A stretch of 64,000 nucleotides of DNA from Plasmodiophora brassicae. Its lineage: Eukaryota. The translations under genes were made by a program, and so were the position numbers. The stretch lies in the NCBI GenBank assembly GCA_036867785.1, contig CP145412.1:496001-560000 (forward strand). Reading direction: 5' to 3'. Positions 31,696 to 43,649 of the stretch are shown here, piece by piece; within the stretch, counting starts at the first letter, position 1; each line of letters begins with the position of its first letter. The notes under the pieces are model-generated. The model saw only the letters and a program-made list of their open reading frames with translations. It was not told the DNA's origin and made no database searches.

Positions 31696-32313
31696 TCATT
31701 CACTCGTCACGTTTAGCGAAGGGTCGTGCCAGGGTGCTCGATCGCGGTAGCACTTTCTGAACAGGGATCGCACCAGCCTGGCGCCGATTCCCGGGAAGTT
31801 ATTCTGTCGTAATCAGTAACCATTGTCTGGCATGCAAACGGAGTTGCCTGTACACCTCAGCAGCAGCAGCGGCGACTCGATGAACGCAGTGTTTCCTCTG
31901 GGAGTCGTCCTGCACTCGAAGGCATTCCCCCTGTACTCTGACGTCAGCCACCATTGGTTGCCGTGCGCCTTGTGATCCATAACCCAGAAGGCCGCTCGTA
32001 TCTCGCTGCACGCCAGGTCGTCAGGGTTCGACAGGTCCAATCGTGGCTCCTTGACGACTGCATCGTAAACATGAACGAACTCGTGGCAGAGTGCGTCCTC
32101 TAGGGCGGCAACGTCCCTGATGCGATTCCGACACAGCGTGACCCGCCCGGTCCCGCTATCAAACGTCGCCCGTGCGTTGTTATCATCGCTGCAGTCCTGG
32201 CAGACGATCCGCCGTCTGACATCCCCGGGGATGTACCGCGTCATCAACCGGCCGCGCTGCCCCTCGAGGACCGCCTCCAGGAACCTCTCACACGACGCCC
32301 CCTCATCGTTCAT
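31696..32313 (-). CDS. ATP23: Mitochondrial inner membrane protease ATP23 homolog
   Basis: LCRN, HEFVHVYD (HExxH), ACSEIRAA and C-terminal CYRDRAPW; introns near the 3' end. Confidence 0.85.
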
Positions 32314-32577
32314 CACGGGTTGCCCTGTGTGCCTGTGTGACCTCCCACAGTAGCGTGATCCATACCCGTTCGACTGCAAAACGGGTCCAGACATTCTTCC
32401 AGCACAGATATGCGCACTGCCCCCCAGTGGGGAACTCCACCGTGGATCGACTGGCCGGCCGCCGTCCTTCAAAAATTCACCATCCGGCCCAGTGGGGAAC
32501 TACATACCCCTACTGCACCGTGGAGCGGACCGACTGGGCGGCCCGTTGCGTCATTTGTCATTTGGGTGGTGGGGCCG

Positions 32578-33666
32578 ATGCTGTCGCGTTGGGCGGGTCG
32601 TCATCGGGCAGTGAGCACGCGTGCGGCGGTCGTATCGGGATATGGGCCCGCCGACAAGGTCGTATCGATTGCGAGCGTCGACCTGCCGGATCGCCCGGCG
32701 CCTGATTGCGTCCGGGTGCGCGTCCATGCCGCCTCGATCAACAGCCTCGACGTGCGCATGCGCGACGGCTATGGCCGGGCCTGTTTCGAATCCATGCGAT
32801 CGTCGCCATCGACGTTCGTGACGGGCTTCGACTGCTCGGGGGTTGTTGAGGACGTCGGCGCCCACGTCATGTCGTATCGCCGGGCCGACGCCGTCTTCGG
32901 CGTCTGCTCGCCATTACGTCACAACGGCCGTGGAACGTTCGCCGACCTCGTCGATCTCCCCGTTGAATTCGTGGCGCCGAAACCCGAGCACTTGTCGGAC
33001 GTGGAGGCGGCGGCGATCCCGTTTGCGGCGATGACGGCCGCTAGCGCCATTCATGGCATTGATGCGGACCGAGTCGCCGTGCTGGGCGGGAGCGGCGGCG
33101 TCGGCCTGTTTGCCATCCAAATGCTCAAGCATGCCGGCCGCAGTAATTCCTTCGTTGTGGCGTCGTGCAGCCAGTTCAACAAGGGGTTCTGTGCGAAGGC
33201 GGGCGCAGACAAGGTCATTGATTACGGGTGCGAGGCCTTGGACGACGTCGTTGAGCACGGTTCCCTGGATGCTGTTATTGACGCCAGCGGCCAGTGCTTA
33301 GACCTGCTGTCTGATGAGCGACCCATGAAATGCCTGAAGCCAGGCGGCGTGTACCGAACGCTGTCGTCACCGCTGCTACGATCGTGCGATGAGCATGGCA
33401 ACCCCATCGTCGGTGCAACTTTCGCCACTGCTGATCTTGTTCGGCAGGCGGCACGCGTCTATGCTGAACGGTGCTTAAAGTTCCAATGGTCGTTTTTCAC
33501 GCCGAGGCGATCCATCTGGGACAGTGTCGTCCGGATGACGCAGGACAACGTTCTGCGGCCGCACATTGCGAGCGTGTTCCCGCTGGAGGACATGGCGCGC
33601 GCCCAGGAACATCTCGAAGCACACCATCCGCCGGGCAAAGTTGTAATCGACCTCACCCAATCCTAG
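32578..33666 (+). CDS. MDR-superfamily NAD(P)H quinone oxidoreductase, RTN4IP1-like
   Basis: VRVHAASINSLD.RMRDGYG, GFDCSGVV, AAAIPFAAMTA, GGSGGVG and GKVVI. Confidence 0.88.
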   Translation: MLSRWAGRHRAVSTRAAVVSGYGPADKVVSIASVDLPDRPAPDCVRVRVHAASINSLDVRMRDGYGRACFESMRSSPSTFVTGFDCSGVVEDVGAHVMSYRRADAVFGVCSPLRHNGRGTFADLVDLPVEFVAPKPEHLSDVEAAAIPFAAMTAASAIHGIDADRVAVLGGSGGVGLFAIQMLKHAGRSNSFVVASCSQFNKGFCAKAGADKVIDYGCEALDDVVEHGSLDAVIDASGQCLDLLSDERPMKCLKPGGVYRTLSSPLLRSCDEHGNPIVGATFATADLVRQAARVYAERCLKFQWSFFTPRRSIWDSVVRMTQDNVLRPHIASVFPLEDMARAQEHLEAHHPPGKVVIDLTQS

Positions 33667-33994
33667 AACGTGGCCCAACTGCTACTGTAGTAATTTATAT
33701 CAAATTGTTCCGCGAGCGTTGACCTGCTATTTCATGTCTCGATGGCAGAGCACGCGCCGGCTCGCTGCTGCTGCTGCTGCCATCACATGACTCGTCCCGC
33801 CTCCGGCAATGGCCACAGAGTCGCGGCGCATTAACTGTATACGATGATGGTTGTCACAGGGAGCCCCGTGCTGGGCGCCCCAGGCTCCCACTGTTGTGAC
33901 TGTACGGTCTGCAGTGGCTCGCTCACTGTCAGTCTTCGCCGGGTCATCTTCGCCATCCCCAAGAGAGAGACGATTCGGAGGCGTCGTCAGATCC

Positions 33995-36407
33995 ATGGGG
34001 AACTGCCTCGGGTGCTCGTGCGAGGAGAAGGGCGACACTCCGCTGTTCGAGATCAAGAAGAAGCGAGGATGCACGGATGTCCCGTTCCTGTTGCTGTTCA
34101 TTGCGTTCTGGGCCGTCGTCGTCATCATGCTGCAGTCCGCGTCGAGCATGGGCGCCGACCCGAAGCGCCTGATTCGCGGCGTCGACTGGAACGGCAACAT
34201 CTGCGGGGTCAGCCCAGGGTACACTGATACGCCTCTGGTACGCCACGTCCCTGACCACGTGCCGGCACGCTGACTGACCTCGCCGTTAGGCCGCCTGGCC
34301 GATGATCCCCGTGTCGCCGGATCTCGAGAAGGTCAAGGTCTGCGTTGCTGACTGCTCGCAGACGCAGACCGATGCCGTCTTCCGTGGCCCCGTGTACCAG
34401 AAGCTGCACGGGTACTCGTCGCAGAAATGTACGCACAGATGGCCGAAGTACTGCGGAGCTGCACTGACCTGTCCGCGCCCCCATTTTTGTCCAGTCCTGT
34501 ACTACTGCATGCCTGAACTGACCGGCAACTTATCGGCGCTGACCCTGGCGGGGTTCGGCACCGAGGCGCAATCGGCAACCGCCGCGATTGGTGATTTACT
34601 GACGACGGCGAACGTCATCGGGTAACGCCTGCCACTCCCCGAGCGCTGACTGGCACGCCGACTAACGGAAGAATGCAGGATATCCGCGGGAGTCGCTGTG
34701 CTCCTGTCGTTCTTCTATCTGTGGTTCTGCAAGCGCATGGCCGGTGTCCTCATCTGGTCGTCCATCCTGGTCGTGCTGGTCGGCGGGTTCCTCATCGGAT
34801 ACGGGTTCCTTCTGGTATAACAACGCGACCGCGTAACATTCGAAACACTAACGCTTCGTCGTGCACAGCAAGCGAAACAAGCCAATGCTTCTCCGGACGC
34901 ATCATCGGACCCTCAAAAGGCCCAGGTCCTGCAGTACATTTCGTACGCCGTCTTTGCAGTAACGCTGCTCTACCTCATTGTACGGTCTACGGTCCTGGAT
35001 AGCGCGGATTGCATATTCTGAGCATGCGACAGGTCATCATTGCCCTGCGGAAGCGGATCAAGATTGCCGTCGAGGTCGTCAAGGAGGCATCGAAAGCCGT
35101 TGGCGACATGCCTATGATGATCTCGGTACCGTTCACACCGTTCGTCTTCTCACTGGGCTACATCGCGTTCTGGATCTACGGCGCGCTCATGATCTTCTCT
35201 GTTGTCACCGTAACTCCTGTCGAGTACGCCCTTGGAGAACCTGGCTGGATCCGCCCTCTCTCATTCGTATTGCGATAGCTGGAGCACGGTCGACCCATCC
35301 GGGACGATGCAGACCCTACCAGGCGCTCCATCCCAGTTCCAGCAGCGCAGTTGGAACCAGAGCATGCAGAACTTCTTCGCCGCCCACTTCTTCCACCTGC
35401 TCTGGAACGTCCAGTTCTTCATCTACTTCGGATACATGGGTATATACGTAGCTATCGCTCCGACGGCCCTCGCTGACGTTCAGACAGTCATTGCCGGGTG
35501 CGTTGCCAACTGGTACTTCACACCGTACAAGGACAACGGCAAGAAGCCTCGTGGAAGCGGTGAAGGAGAACTGCCGAAGTATGGTGAACGCGTGAACGCG
35601 CACATGACTTTGCAGTATGCTGACAGGTGATGCCTAGGGCGGCCGTGTCCAAGTCGTTCGGTCGCGCGGTGCGATACCACCTGGGAACGATTGCCTTCGG
35701 GTCGCTGCTGATTGCCATCGTCGAGTTCATCCGCGCCGTCATCACGTATATCGAGAAGAAGTCGAAGAAGATGAAGGACAACCCGATCCGCAAGGCAATC
35801 TTCTGCTGCATCCAGTGCTGTCTGAAGGTGAGTGGTACCCGGTGGTCTTGTCGCTCTACCGTCCTGATTCGCAATGTGAAGCTCGTGCAATGCTGCCTGG
35901 ACAAGCTATCCAAGAACGCGTTCATCTACTGTGCCATCTACGGCGACCCGTTCTGTGTGTCGGCGTGGACGAGCTTCGCGATCCTGTGGCGGAACCTGGC
36001 ACGCGTTGCCGCCATCAACATGGTCGGCACCTACATCTCCGTCCTCGGCAAGCTTCTGGTCGCGTTCGGTACGGCTGGCATCGCTGTCCAGGTACGTCTG
36101 GGCATCATCTAGCAATGTATCCCCGGGCTCTAATACGTTGCGATAGATCATGACGAATTTCGACCCCTGGAAATCGACCGTATCGTCGCCGTACCTGACA
36201 GTCTTCGTTGTTATGCTTCTTGGGTACGTTGTTGCCGCCATTTTCATGGTTGTCTACGAGACCGCTATCGACACGATCTTCCTCTGCTTCCTGCTCGACG
36301 AGGAGCAGAACAAGCACGGTCAGATGCTGGCCAGCAAAGGCCTCCTGGAGATCATCAACCGCTACACTACCAAGCCGGAAGAGAAGCATCCTGAAACTGC
36401 CAAGTGA
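33995..36407 (+). CDS. Choline transporter-like protein (CTL/SLC44), multi-exon
   Basis: RGCTDVPFLLLF, DWNGNICG, RKRIKIAV, RYHLGTIAFGSLL, NAFIYCAIYG..FC.SA and IDTIFLCFLLD. Confidence 0.93.
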
Positions 36408-36505
36408 CCATTCGGCCAGGCCACGACATCCGCCCGTTCTGAATACAGCGCCCACGTTCATTGCATATCGCGTCGTGTAGGTTTATCAACGTTTTAGCAT
36501 AGGGG

Positions 36506-37308
36506 TCATGACGTTGGTCTTCGAATGGACAGCAGCGCCTGCAGGCGCAATCTGGCGGCGCCAACGGTGCCCCCGGACGTCGACGTCCTTCGGAACTCGT
36601 CCAGAGCGCGTCTTGCCGCCTGTTCCATCGGGTAATCGACGCACAAGGTGTCGAATCTATCAGCAAGATGCGATTGGTATTTGGCCAAAGCACAGCCACG
36701 CCGCCCGGACCTAGTTTGAAGTCGTCTGCTAGGCGACAGTATCGACCTGCGAAGAGCACGCGACGTTGGCGACCTGCCTCTGTCGTCGTTGTTACTATCA
36801 TGCTCGTCGTCGTTGCCACCATCGTCGCTGAAGCTGAACGAATTTCGGTGGTGCGACCTGTTGGACGTAGGCGGGGGCGTCAAGGCACTCCGTGCAGATG
36901 TGCCCTGCGAGGGGATGGCTCAGTGGCTGGGTCGCTAGCGGGCACCCGACCCACGTACGTGCAGACGGGCCTGGATTTCGGCCTGCTTCTGGATGGACAG
37001 CTTGGCGCTCGTGTTGAACGTGCGAATCGCCGTCGTGTTCGATCGGCAGTGCGCCCCGATCCGGTCGATACGCGCCGACAACCGTTCCAGGCGTTCATCG
37101 AGGTCAGCAATCAGGTCTCGCATGGCGTCATCCTCCTATACGCGTGGGCATGAACGACGTGTCGCGCCCCGGCCCGACAACGACGACGAATACGGACGCG
37201 CTGCCATCGATCCGCCTTCCGTCGTCGGTACGAACGCAACCAGACCATGACGGCCACCGCTCCGCCGACGACGGCCGTCAGCGCAGACACGACTGCTGCC
37301 CTTCTCAT
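36506..37308 (-). CDS. Hypothetical protein with N-terminal TM helix and coiled coil (multi-exon)
   Basis: MRRAAVVSALTAVVGGAVAVMVW exon, coiled-coil exon DLIADLDERLERLS, and a terminal ORF at 36506-36883; splice joins inferred. Confidence 0.45.
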
Positions 37309-37740
37309 TATCGGCTCATGGGCCCCGCTGTCACATTGACCGGGCGGCGCCGGAGGGCCCCCAACGGTTACGGCCCCCGTCACCCGCGCACAAAACGCCC
37401 CATTTGCCGAATGTCGGCACGACCTGGGTGGGGGCAGCTGCAACACGCAGCCCCGTCAGGCACTGGCGACTGCAGCCGACTGGTGCCAGTCGGAACGCGT
37501 CACTCGCGGCTCCAGTAACCCTGATCCTGTATCGTACGTTGTATGGCCGACCCCCGGAGTCGCCGTTTTAGGCCAAACTTCTGTAGCCCATAATTGATCC
37601 AAAACTCGTGAAAAATTTACCTTACGGCAGAGTCGTTGCACACTATGCAGTGCCGGCAAGAGAGTGAATGTTGTGCAGACAGACTTAGAGTTCCAACGTT
37701 TCAAAGTCATCGACCTATATTATAGGTCTGTGACAAGCCC

Positions 37741-38710
37741 TACCGGGATGCGGCGCGGCGGATCATGCTCCAGCGGGCCGGGCGACTCCGGAATCGGCGG
37801 TAGCGTCGTCGTACGGGAAGCGAGGCCAGCGGTGGGGCCGCGGGCACCAGTGGTCACAGGCTCGGTCTGCGACCATGACTATCGGCACTCGCCGGTGAGG
37901 ATCGCGATCGGTCGGGGCCTGCGCGGTCCTGGAGGGCGGCGATCCTGGCCTGCACGATCCGGCTGCGGGCGACGCGACGACGAGCGGCGGTGACGACGCG
38001 GGCGTCGACGACGGCGGCGGCGGGCGTTGTCGCGGCCGGGCGCGGCGAACTCGGTCGACGATGTACGCGATTCCAGGATGGACTGGAACGTGCGCCTGAG
38101 CGACGGACGCAGCCCAGACCTCGCCGACATCTTCTGAAGGCGGGCCTCGAACTGCGCCTTTGCCTCGGCTTCACGTTGCTGCCGGGAACGCGGGGAAGTG
38201 TGGGTCTACACCCACGAGCGCGCCGTGGTCGTCGAAGCGTTCGAGCGCGCCGGCTGCCGGGTCATGATTGACCGGAAGCCGGACGACGCCGACCTGGTCG
38301 ACTGGGCTGCCAGGAACCCGCGTTCCCGGCAGCAACGTGAAGCCGAGGCAAAGGCGCAGTTCGAGGCCCGCCTTCAGAAGATGTCGGCGAGGTCTGGGCT
38401 GCGTCCGTCGCTCAGGCGCACGTTCCAGTCCATCCTGGAATCGCGTACATCGTCGACCGAGTTCGCCGCGCCCGGCCGCGACAACACCAGCAGCCGGATC
38501 GTGCAGGCCAGGATCGCCGCCCTCCAGGACCGCGCAGGCCCCGACCGATCGCGATCCTCACCGGCGAGTGCCGATCGTCATGGTCGCAGACCGAGCCTGA
38601 CTGGTGCCCGCGGCCCCACCGCTGGCCTCGCTTCCCGTACGACGACGCTACCGCCCATTCCGGAGTCGCCCGGCCCGCTGGAGCATGATCCGCCGCGCCG
38701 CATCCCGGTA
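37741..38710. repeat. Long inverted repeat: arms 37741-38194 and 38317-38710, 122-bp spacer
   Basis: Arms are near-identical reverse complements. The left arm carries an extra segment of about 55-60 bp and a small indel. Confidence 0.92.
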
Positions 38711-38882
38711 CCGCCGTCACAGCCGTCGCCGAGCCGCCTATCCGCCGACGCTCAGCCCGAGGGCGCAGAGCCGTCGCCACGACGTCGTCCGTCACCACCC
38801 GTCGAGGCCGCCGCCGACGAGTCGGTCGCGACTCGCGCGTTGCAGGTCCGCGGCATCGGGGCGACTCCGTGGCGCGGTGACG

Positions 38883-40397
38883 ATGTTTGGTGGCGGCGGG
38901 TTCGGGTCGACGACGCCGGCCCCGACGCCCGGTCTGTTCGGGGGCGGCGGGGGCGGAGCGGCCGGTGCTGCGCCGTCCGGTACGGCTCCGTCGTTGTTCG
39001 GCGGGTCGACCGCGGCGGCGCCGTCCACTGGGTCGACGCTGTTCGGCGCGTCGACGACCGCTCCGGGTTTCGCCGGTGCGACTGCTGCCGCCGCCCCTGC
39101 CCCCACCGGAACGACATCGCTGTTCGGGACGTCGGCACCGGCGACGACGTCATTCGGAGCTGGTGGGACGACGTTCGGTGCGGCACCAGCAGCGTCAACG
39201 GGACAGATGTCGACAGCGCCCGGCTTTTTCGGGACGTCGTCTGGCAACCCGTTCGGGCAGGGGACCTCAGGCGGTGGAATGTTTGGTCAAGCACCCTCCG
39301 GCGGGATGTTCGGACAGGGGACAACGTCCGCTGGAGGCCTGTTTCCAACGCAAACGCAGACGCAGCAGCAAACAGCGTCCTTATTCGGGGCGCCAGCGGC
39401 GTCGTCGTCGCTCAGCGTCCTGCCAGGCGCTCTAACAATCGCTGGGCAGCAGCAACCTCAGCAGCAGCAGCAGCAGCAGCAGCAGGGTACGTGATCTGCT
39501 GCGTTCGTGTGTCGCGTTGTGTCGCTGAGTGGCATCGGCGTTAGCTTGGGAGAGGGAGGTGCGCTCCATTGTGGAGGCGTACGACCCGAACAACCCGTCA
39601 TGCCGGTTCCAGTTCGTGCTGTACAACAAGGTCGACGATGCGTCGGTGTATGATCCTGCGCCTGCGTTCAGGATCCACCCGGGTTTGTACCAGCAAGCGG
39701 TTCGAGAGAACCCGGATCCCGCCAAGCTGGTCCCGGTCCCCGCGCTCGGTGGGTCGCGCTCCCGTGCTTGCATTGCTGGAGGTGTGTAACCTCTGATACG
39801 GTGATGGCAGGGTTCGACGCGCTCAACCAGCGCATTGCCCAGCAGTCCCTAGCGAGGTCGCATCACGCCAAGGAGCTCGAGATATGTCGGGAGCGGATCA
39901 ACGTGCTCGACCAGGAATACGAGTGCATTAAGAAGGTGACGATACCGGGATACAGGCAGCGGCATGCCGACCTGTCGTTGAGGCTGCTGAGGATCGCGCG
40001 CGCCCTGGACATGCAACAGGGGCGAGGGTTCCCCCGAAGCGACGGCGAGCTGCGACTGTCGAAGGAACTCGACGCGCTGGAGCGATCGTGCGAGAAGCTA
40101 CGCGTCAGCGTCGAGGGCATTGCCTCCAGCGTACCGATGCACGAATCGGGTGATCACGTCCTGGACATGTTCCGGCTGAACTCGTCCGACCCGAACTACA
40201 AACGAATCTACGAGGTACGGGGCATGGCCGTACGCTCAGCGCCTGGCTTCGTGTATCTGACCCCTGTTCAGTTCCTGGACCAGCAGCGCCGGTCGCTACG
40301 TCACCTGATCGACCTTCTCCACAGCGACACGCGCGACGTCAACATCATGGTCAAGGGGTACACAGCCAAGTTGAACCCTGACCGCGTCGCAGGGTAG
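38883..40397 (+). CDS. NUP54: FG-repeat nucleoporin Nup54/Nup57
   Basis: GLFG/SLFG/GMFG repeats and polyQ, then PNNPSCRFQFVLYN, QAVRENPDPAKLVPV..GFDALNQR and a coiled coil. Confidence 0.88.
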
Positions 40398-40523
40398 CGC
40401 CCGTATATAAACTCGACTAAATTCCGCTGCACGACAACGTCGCCTGTGTCGCATGCGACTTCGTGTTCGCGTGTGTGGCCGAATCGCTAGCGACGCTTGG
40501 CAGCGCGACAGATCCTCGTGCAG

Positions 40524-41662
40524 ATGACGTCGGGCGTGGTCCTGGTCAGCGCGGGCTGCGCCGGCGGGTACCGACAGCGTTCGCCAATGACGGAATGTCT
40601 GGCGTGGCGAAGTGGGAAGGGTGCCTGCAGGCGCGATCGGCCGCAGGCGCCCCAGCCACAGCGACAGGTGACGAGGCCGGCACCGAAGAAGACACCGAGG
40701 CAGGCCGGCGACGACGCCACGCCGACCCCCTCCGTGCAAGGGGAGGCTCGCGTCTCGCAGCTATGCCCCGAGGACAAACAGAAGATTGGTGATGAGAGCG
40801 CCATCCCGTTGTACGTGCGCCCTGATCAGCAAGCTGCTGCTGTGCAGGCGGGCTGATTCGCCGTCTCGTCGACATGAAGGAGCAGCATGACGGCGAGTCG
40901 CGCCAGGCCCGCGAGGAACGGGAGCGGCTGGACGTCGAGCTGAAACGGGCGCACGAGCAGAACCTCGAGATTCTGTCGCACACGCACGGTACGGGCACAC
41001 GAATGGGCCCTGCGAGCACCCGCTCACGACCGGCAGACCTGCGCCAGCGCTTCTCGTCGTCCCTGGCGATCCTGAAAGCGTACAAGGACCGGTTGCACGC
41101 GCAGGAAGCGCGCCGAACGCAACAGGAGCAGGCGGCCCAGGACCTGCAGGACGAGCTCGAGAAGACGCGGGCGGAGCTCGACAGGGCGCGCCAGCGGAAC
41201 GCGACGAGCGACGCGCAGGCGTCCGCCGCCCGCCTGCAGCGCCTGCTGGACATCCAGGATCAGCGGCATCGCCCGGGCAAGGTCGACACCGTCGACGAGG
41301 CCGTCCAGATCGACGTCCCGCATCGGACCGTGTCGCTGTCGCCCATGCCGCGTCGTTCCCGGAGCCCCGGCGGCGCCGTCCAACGCGACGTGTTGCCGCC
41401 CGAACCCGTCGACCTGGACGAGGCCGACGGCAGCGGGTCGGACGACTCCGACAGCGGCCGGCTGGTCGTGGAGCTGAACCGGCACCCGGCCGACTTTGAC
41501 CTGCTGACCGGCGGCGGCCGCGCCTTCGGCCGCGACTTCTTCCGCGTCCTGGACGCGATCGACCCGCGCACGCCCGCCGCCGCGCCGTGCTCGCCCCCGG
41601 CCAGCGACGACGACGACGACATCGCGCATCTCGCGACACAGATCAACACGATCCGCTATTAA
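40524..41662 (+). CDS. Hypothetical coiled-coil protein (start and exons uncertain)
   Basis: Coding-like 262-aa terminal exon at 40874-41662 with coiled-coil composition; upstream exon joined by an intron near 40811-40847. Confidence 0.5.
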
Positions 41663-41781
41663 ATCGAAGGGCAACGGCTGGCTTGGCTGAGCGACATGGA
41701 CAGGCGCATGCGGTGGGCACCCTGAGCCGTGGCGAGTGCGTACGGTGCGTGCGGGTGGACACGGGTGCACGCGCGCTCGTC

Positions 41782-42637
41782 ATGGTGTCCGTCTACCTGT
41801 GGTGGCCCAATCTCATCGGTACCGCCCAGCCCCTCCCCGCACGCTGCGTCGGGGTCATCGCTGGGTTGACGGATTCGCGTACGCGCAGGCTATGCCCGCA
41901 TCGTCAGCCTGGGCGTCGCCCTGTTCTACGCGATGCGGTCGCCGATGCAGGCCGGCCTGTGCTACGCCGTCTCGCAGCTGCTCGATGCCGTCGATGGCGT
42001 TGTCGCCCGGGCCGTCAATCAGTGCTCGAAGTTCGGTGCGTAAACGGGTGCCGCGTTCGCGTGCGGTTTGTGACGCGTGTGTGCCGCAGGCGCCCTGCTC
42101 GACATGCTCACGGATCGCATGTCGACGACGTGCCTGCTGGTTGTCATCGCAACGAAGGACCCCAGCCGATGGGCGTTCTTCACGTTCATCATTGTCCTTG
42201 ATCTCGTCGCGCACTGGGCCCAGATGTACAGGTACGGCGGTGCATGGTTGGACCGGACGTCGCCGAACGCGTCTGATACGCTGGCGGCAGCTCCCTGATG
42301 GCTGGTATCCAATCGCACAAGGAGAACACGAATCCCATTCTCAAATTCTACTACTCGTTCCCGTTCCTGCTGCTGTTCTGCGTTGGCAACGAAGCGTTCG
42401 CGATCGCCAATTTGCTGTGGTGGCAGGACCGCTGGGCGCTAACGCGATCGTAGGTTCATCATCGGCACCTACCTGGAGCTGTTCCCGGCCGCGCTGCCGC
42501 CTGCGTTCCTGACGGCTGTACGCGCCATCAAGTACGTCTGCCTCCCCGTGTTCCTGGGCAAGAACTTCTTCAACGTCGTCCAGCTGGTCGAATCGTCCAA
42601 TCGCCTCGTGCGACTTGACCGCCCCAAACCGCACTAG
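41782..42637 (+). CDS. CDIPT: Phosphatidylinositol synthase (CDP-alcohol phosphatidyltransferase)
   Basis: PNLIGYARI, LLDAVDGVVARAVNQCSKFGALLDMLTDR and DLVAHW; several introns. Confidence 0.93.
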
Positions 42638-42837
42638 ACGGCATAAACCAGGGTCGCCAGCGGATCGGCGGGTTCCACGTCGTCGTCCGTTCCCAGACAG
42701 CGGGCCCCGGCCAGATGGACGGGGCGCTGTGCACCGGCGACAATGTCGACACCGGCTGCGCTCGCTGCCACCGGGCAAACCGAGAACGCGCCGACAGACG
42801 GCCGTGTATGATGATCATATTCGGGCGCCTACGCTGC

Positions 42838-43505
42838 TTACGCCAAGGTCGAGCCGTTAACGTGACGCCTGGCGTAGCAACGTGGCGAACCGTGATTACG
42901 GTGGCCGCAACGGGAGCAGGGCGGGGAAGCATCGCGTCCCGACCCGTTCTCGGAGGAACGTACGCGCTTGGCGCCTTCCGCCTGGGCCTGAGGCACTGCC
43001 GAGCCTCGTCGCAGTGCCCCGGCGGGTATCGTCCGATCTGGCGAACGCGACCGTCTGGCTGCCTGCGACGACGGCACACTGTCGGACGCGTTCGTCGGAT
43101 CGCGCCCCCGCTTGCTGCTGGTTCGTGGAGCCTTGCGCGCGTCGTTCATCGATGCAGACCGGGTCGCCCTGCTGCGAGGGTTCGGGCAGTCGTTCGCAAA
43201 GTGGCCCGCCTGGTCGCACGCGTAGCACCGGTCCTCGCAGGCAGCGAACTTCCTGCTGATGCGTACGACGCGCCCCGGACGTTGTCCACGCCGAATCGCC
43301 GCATGTACTCGAGGACCTTGGCCTCCTCCAGGAACGGGCTGGCGCTGGGGACGGCCTCGACGATCTCCACCGGGGCGTACTTGCTCGTCCACGCCGACCC
43401 CCGCCCGCGGACGTGCTCGTCGAACCGCTCCTGGACGGCCCGCGACGTCCGCCCGACGTAGTACTTGCCGGATTCGCAGCGGAACACGTACACAGTGGGC
43501 GGCAT
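42838..43505 (-). pseudogene. GIY-YIG nuclease + CCHC zinc knuckles, frameshifted near 43260
   Basis: VYVFRCESGKYYVGRT...RFDEH..G.GSAWT...E...YMRRFGVDNVRGASY lies in one frame. CYACDQAGHFANDC and CSRCGHRNH....CYARRH lie in another. Confidence 0.78.
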
Positions 43506-43649
43506 GAAGGTGGGTCGCACGAGCGCGCTGTTCAAACCAATGGGAGACACGGCCCGGTCGACCGCGTCATGGCCCGTGCATGAGCAACCCGAAACGCACA
43601 CGCGCCTGGAAGATTTCAACGAGTCGCACGCCCGCAGTACGACGAATCG

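Noticed and set aside
38198-39544. 448-aa ORF as a real gene
   Set aside because: It has no ATG start, begins at a rearrangement junction, and its distal half is an off-frame reading of the NUP54 FG exon.
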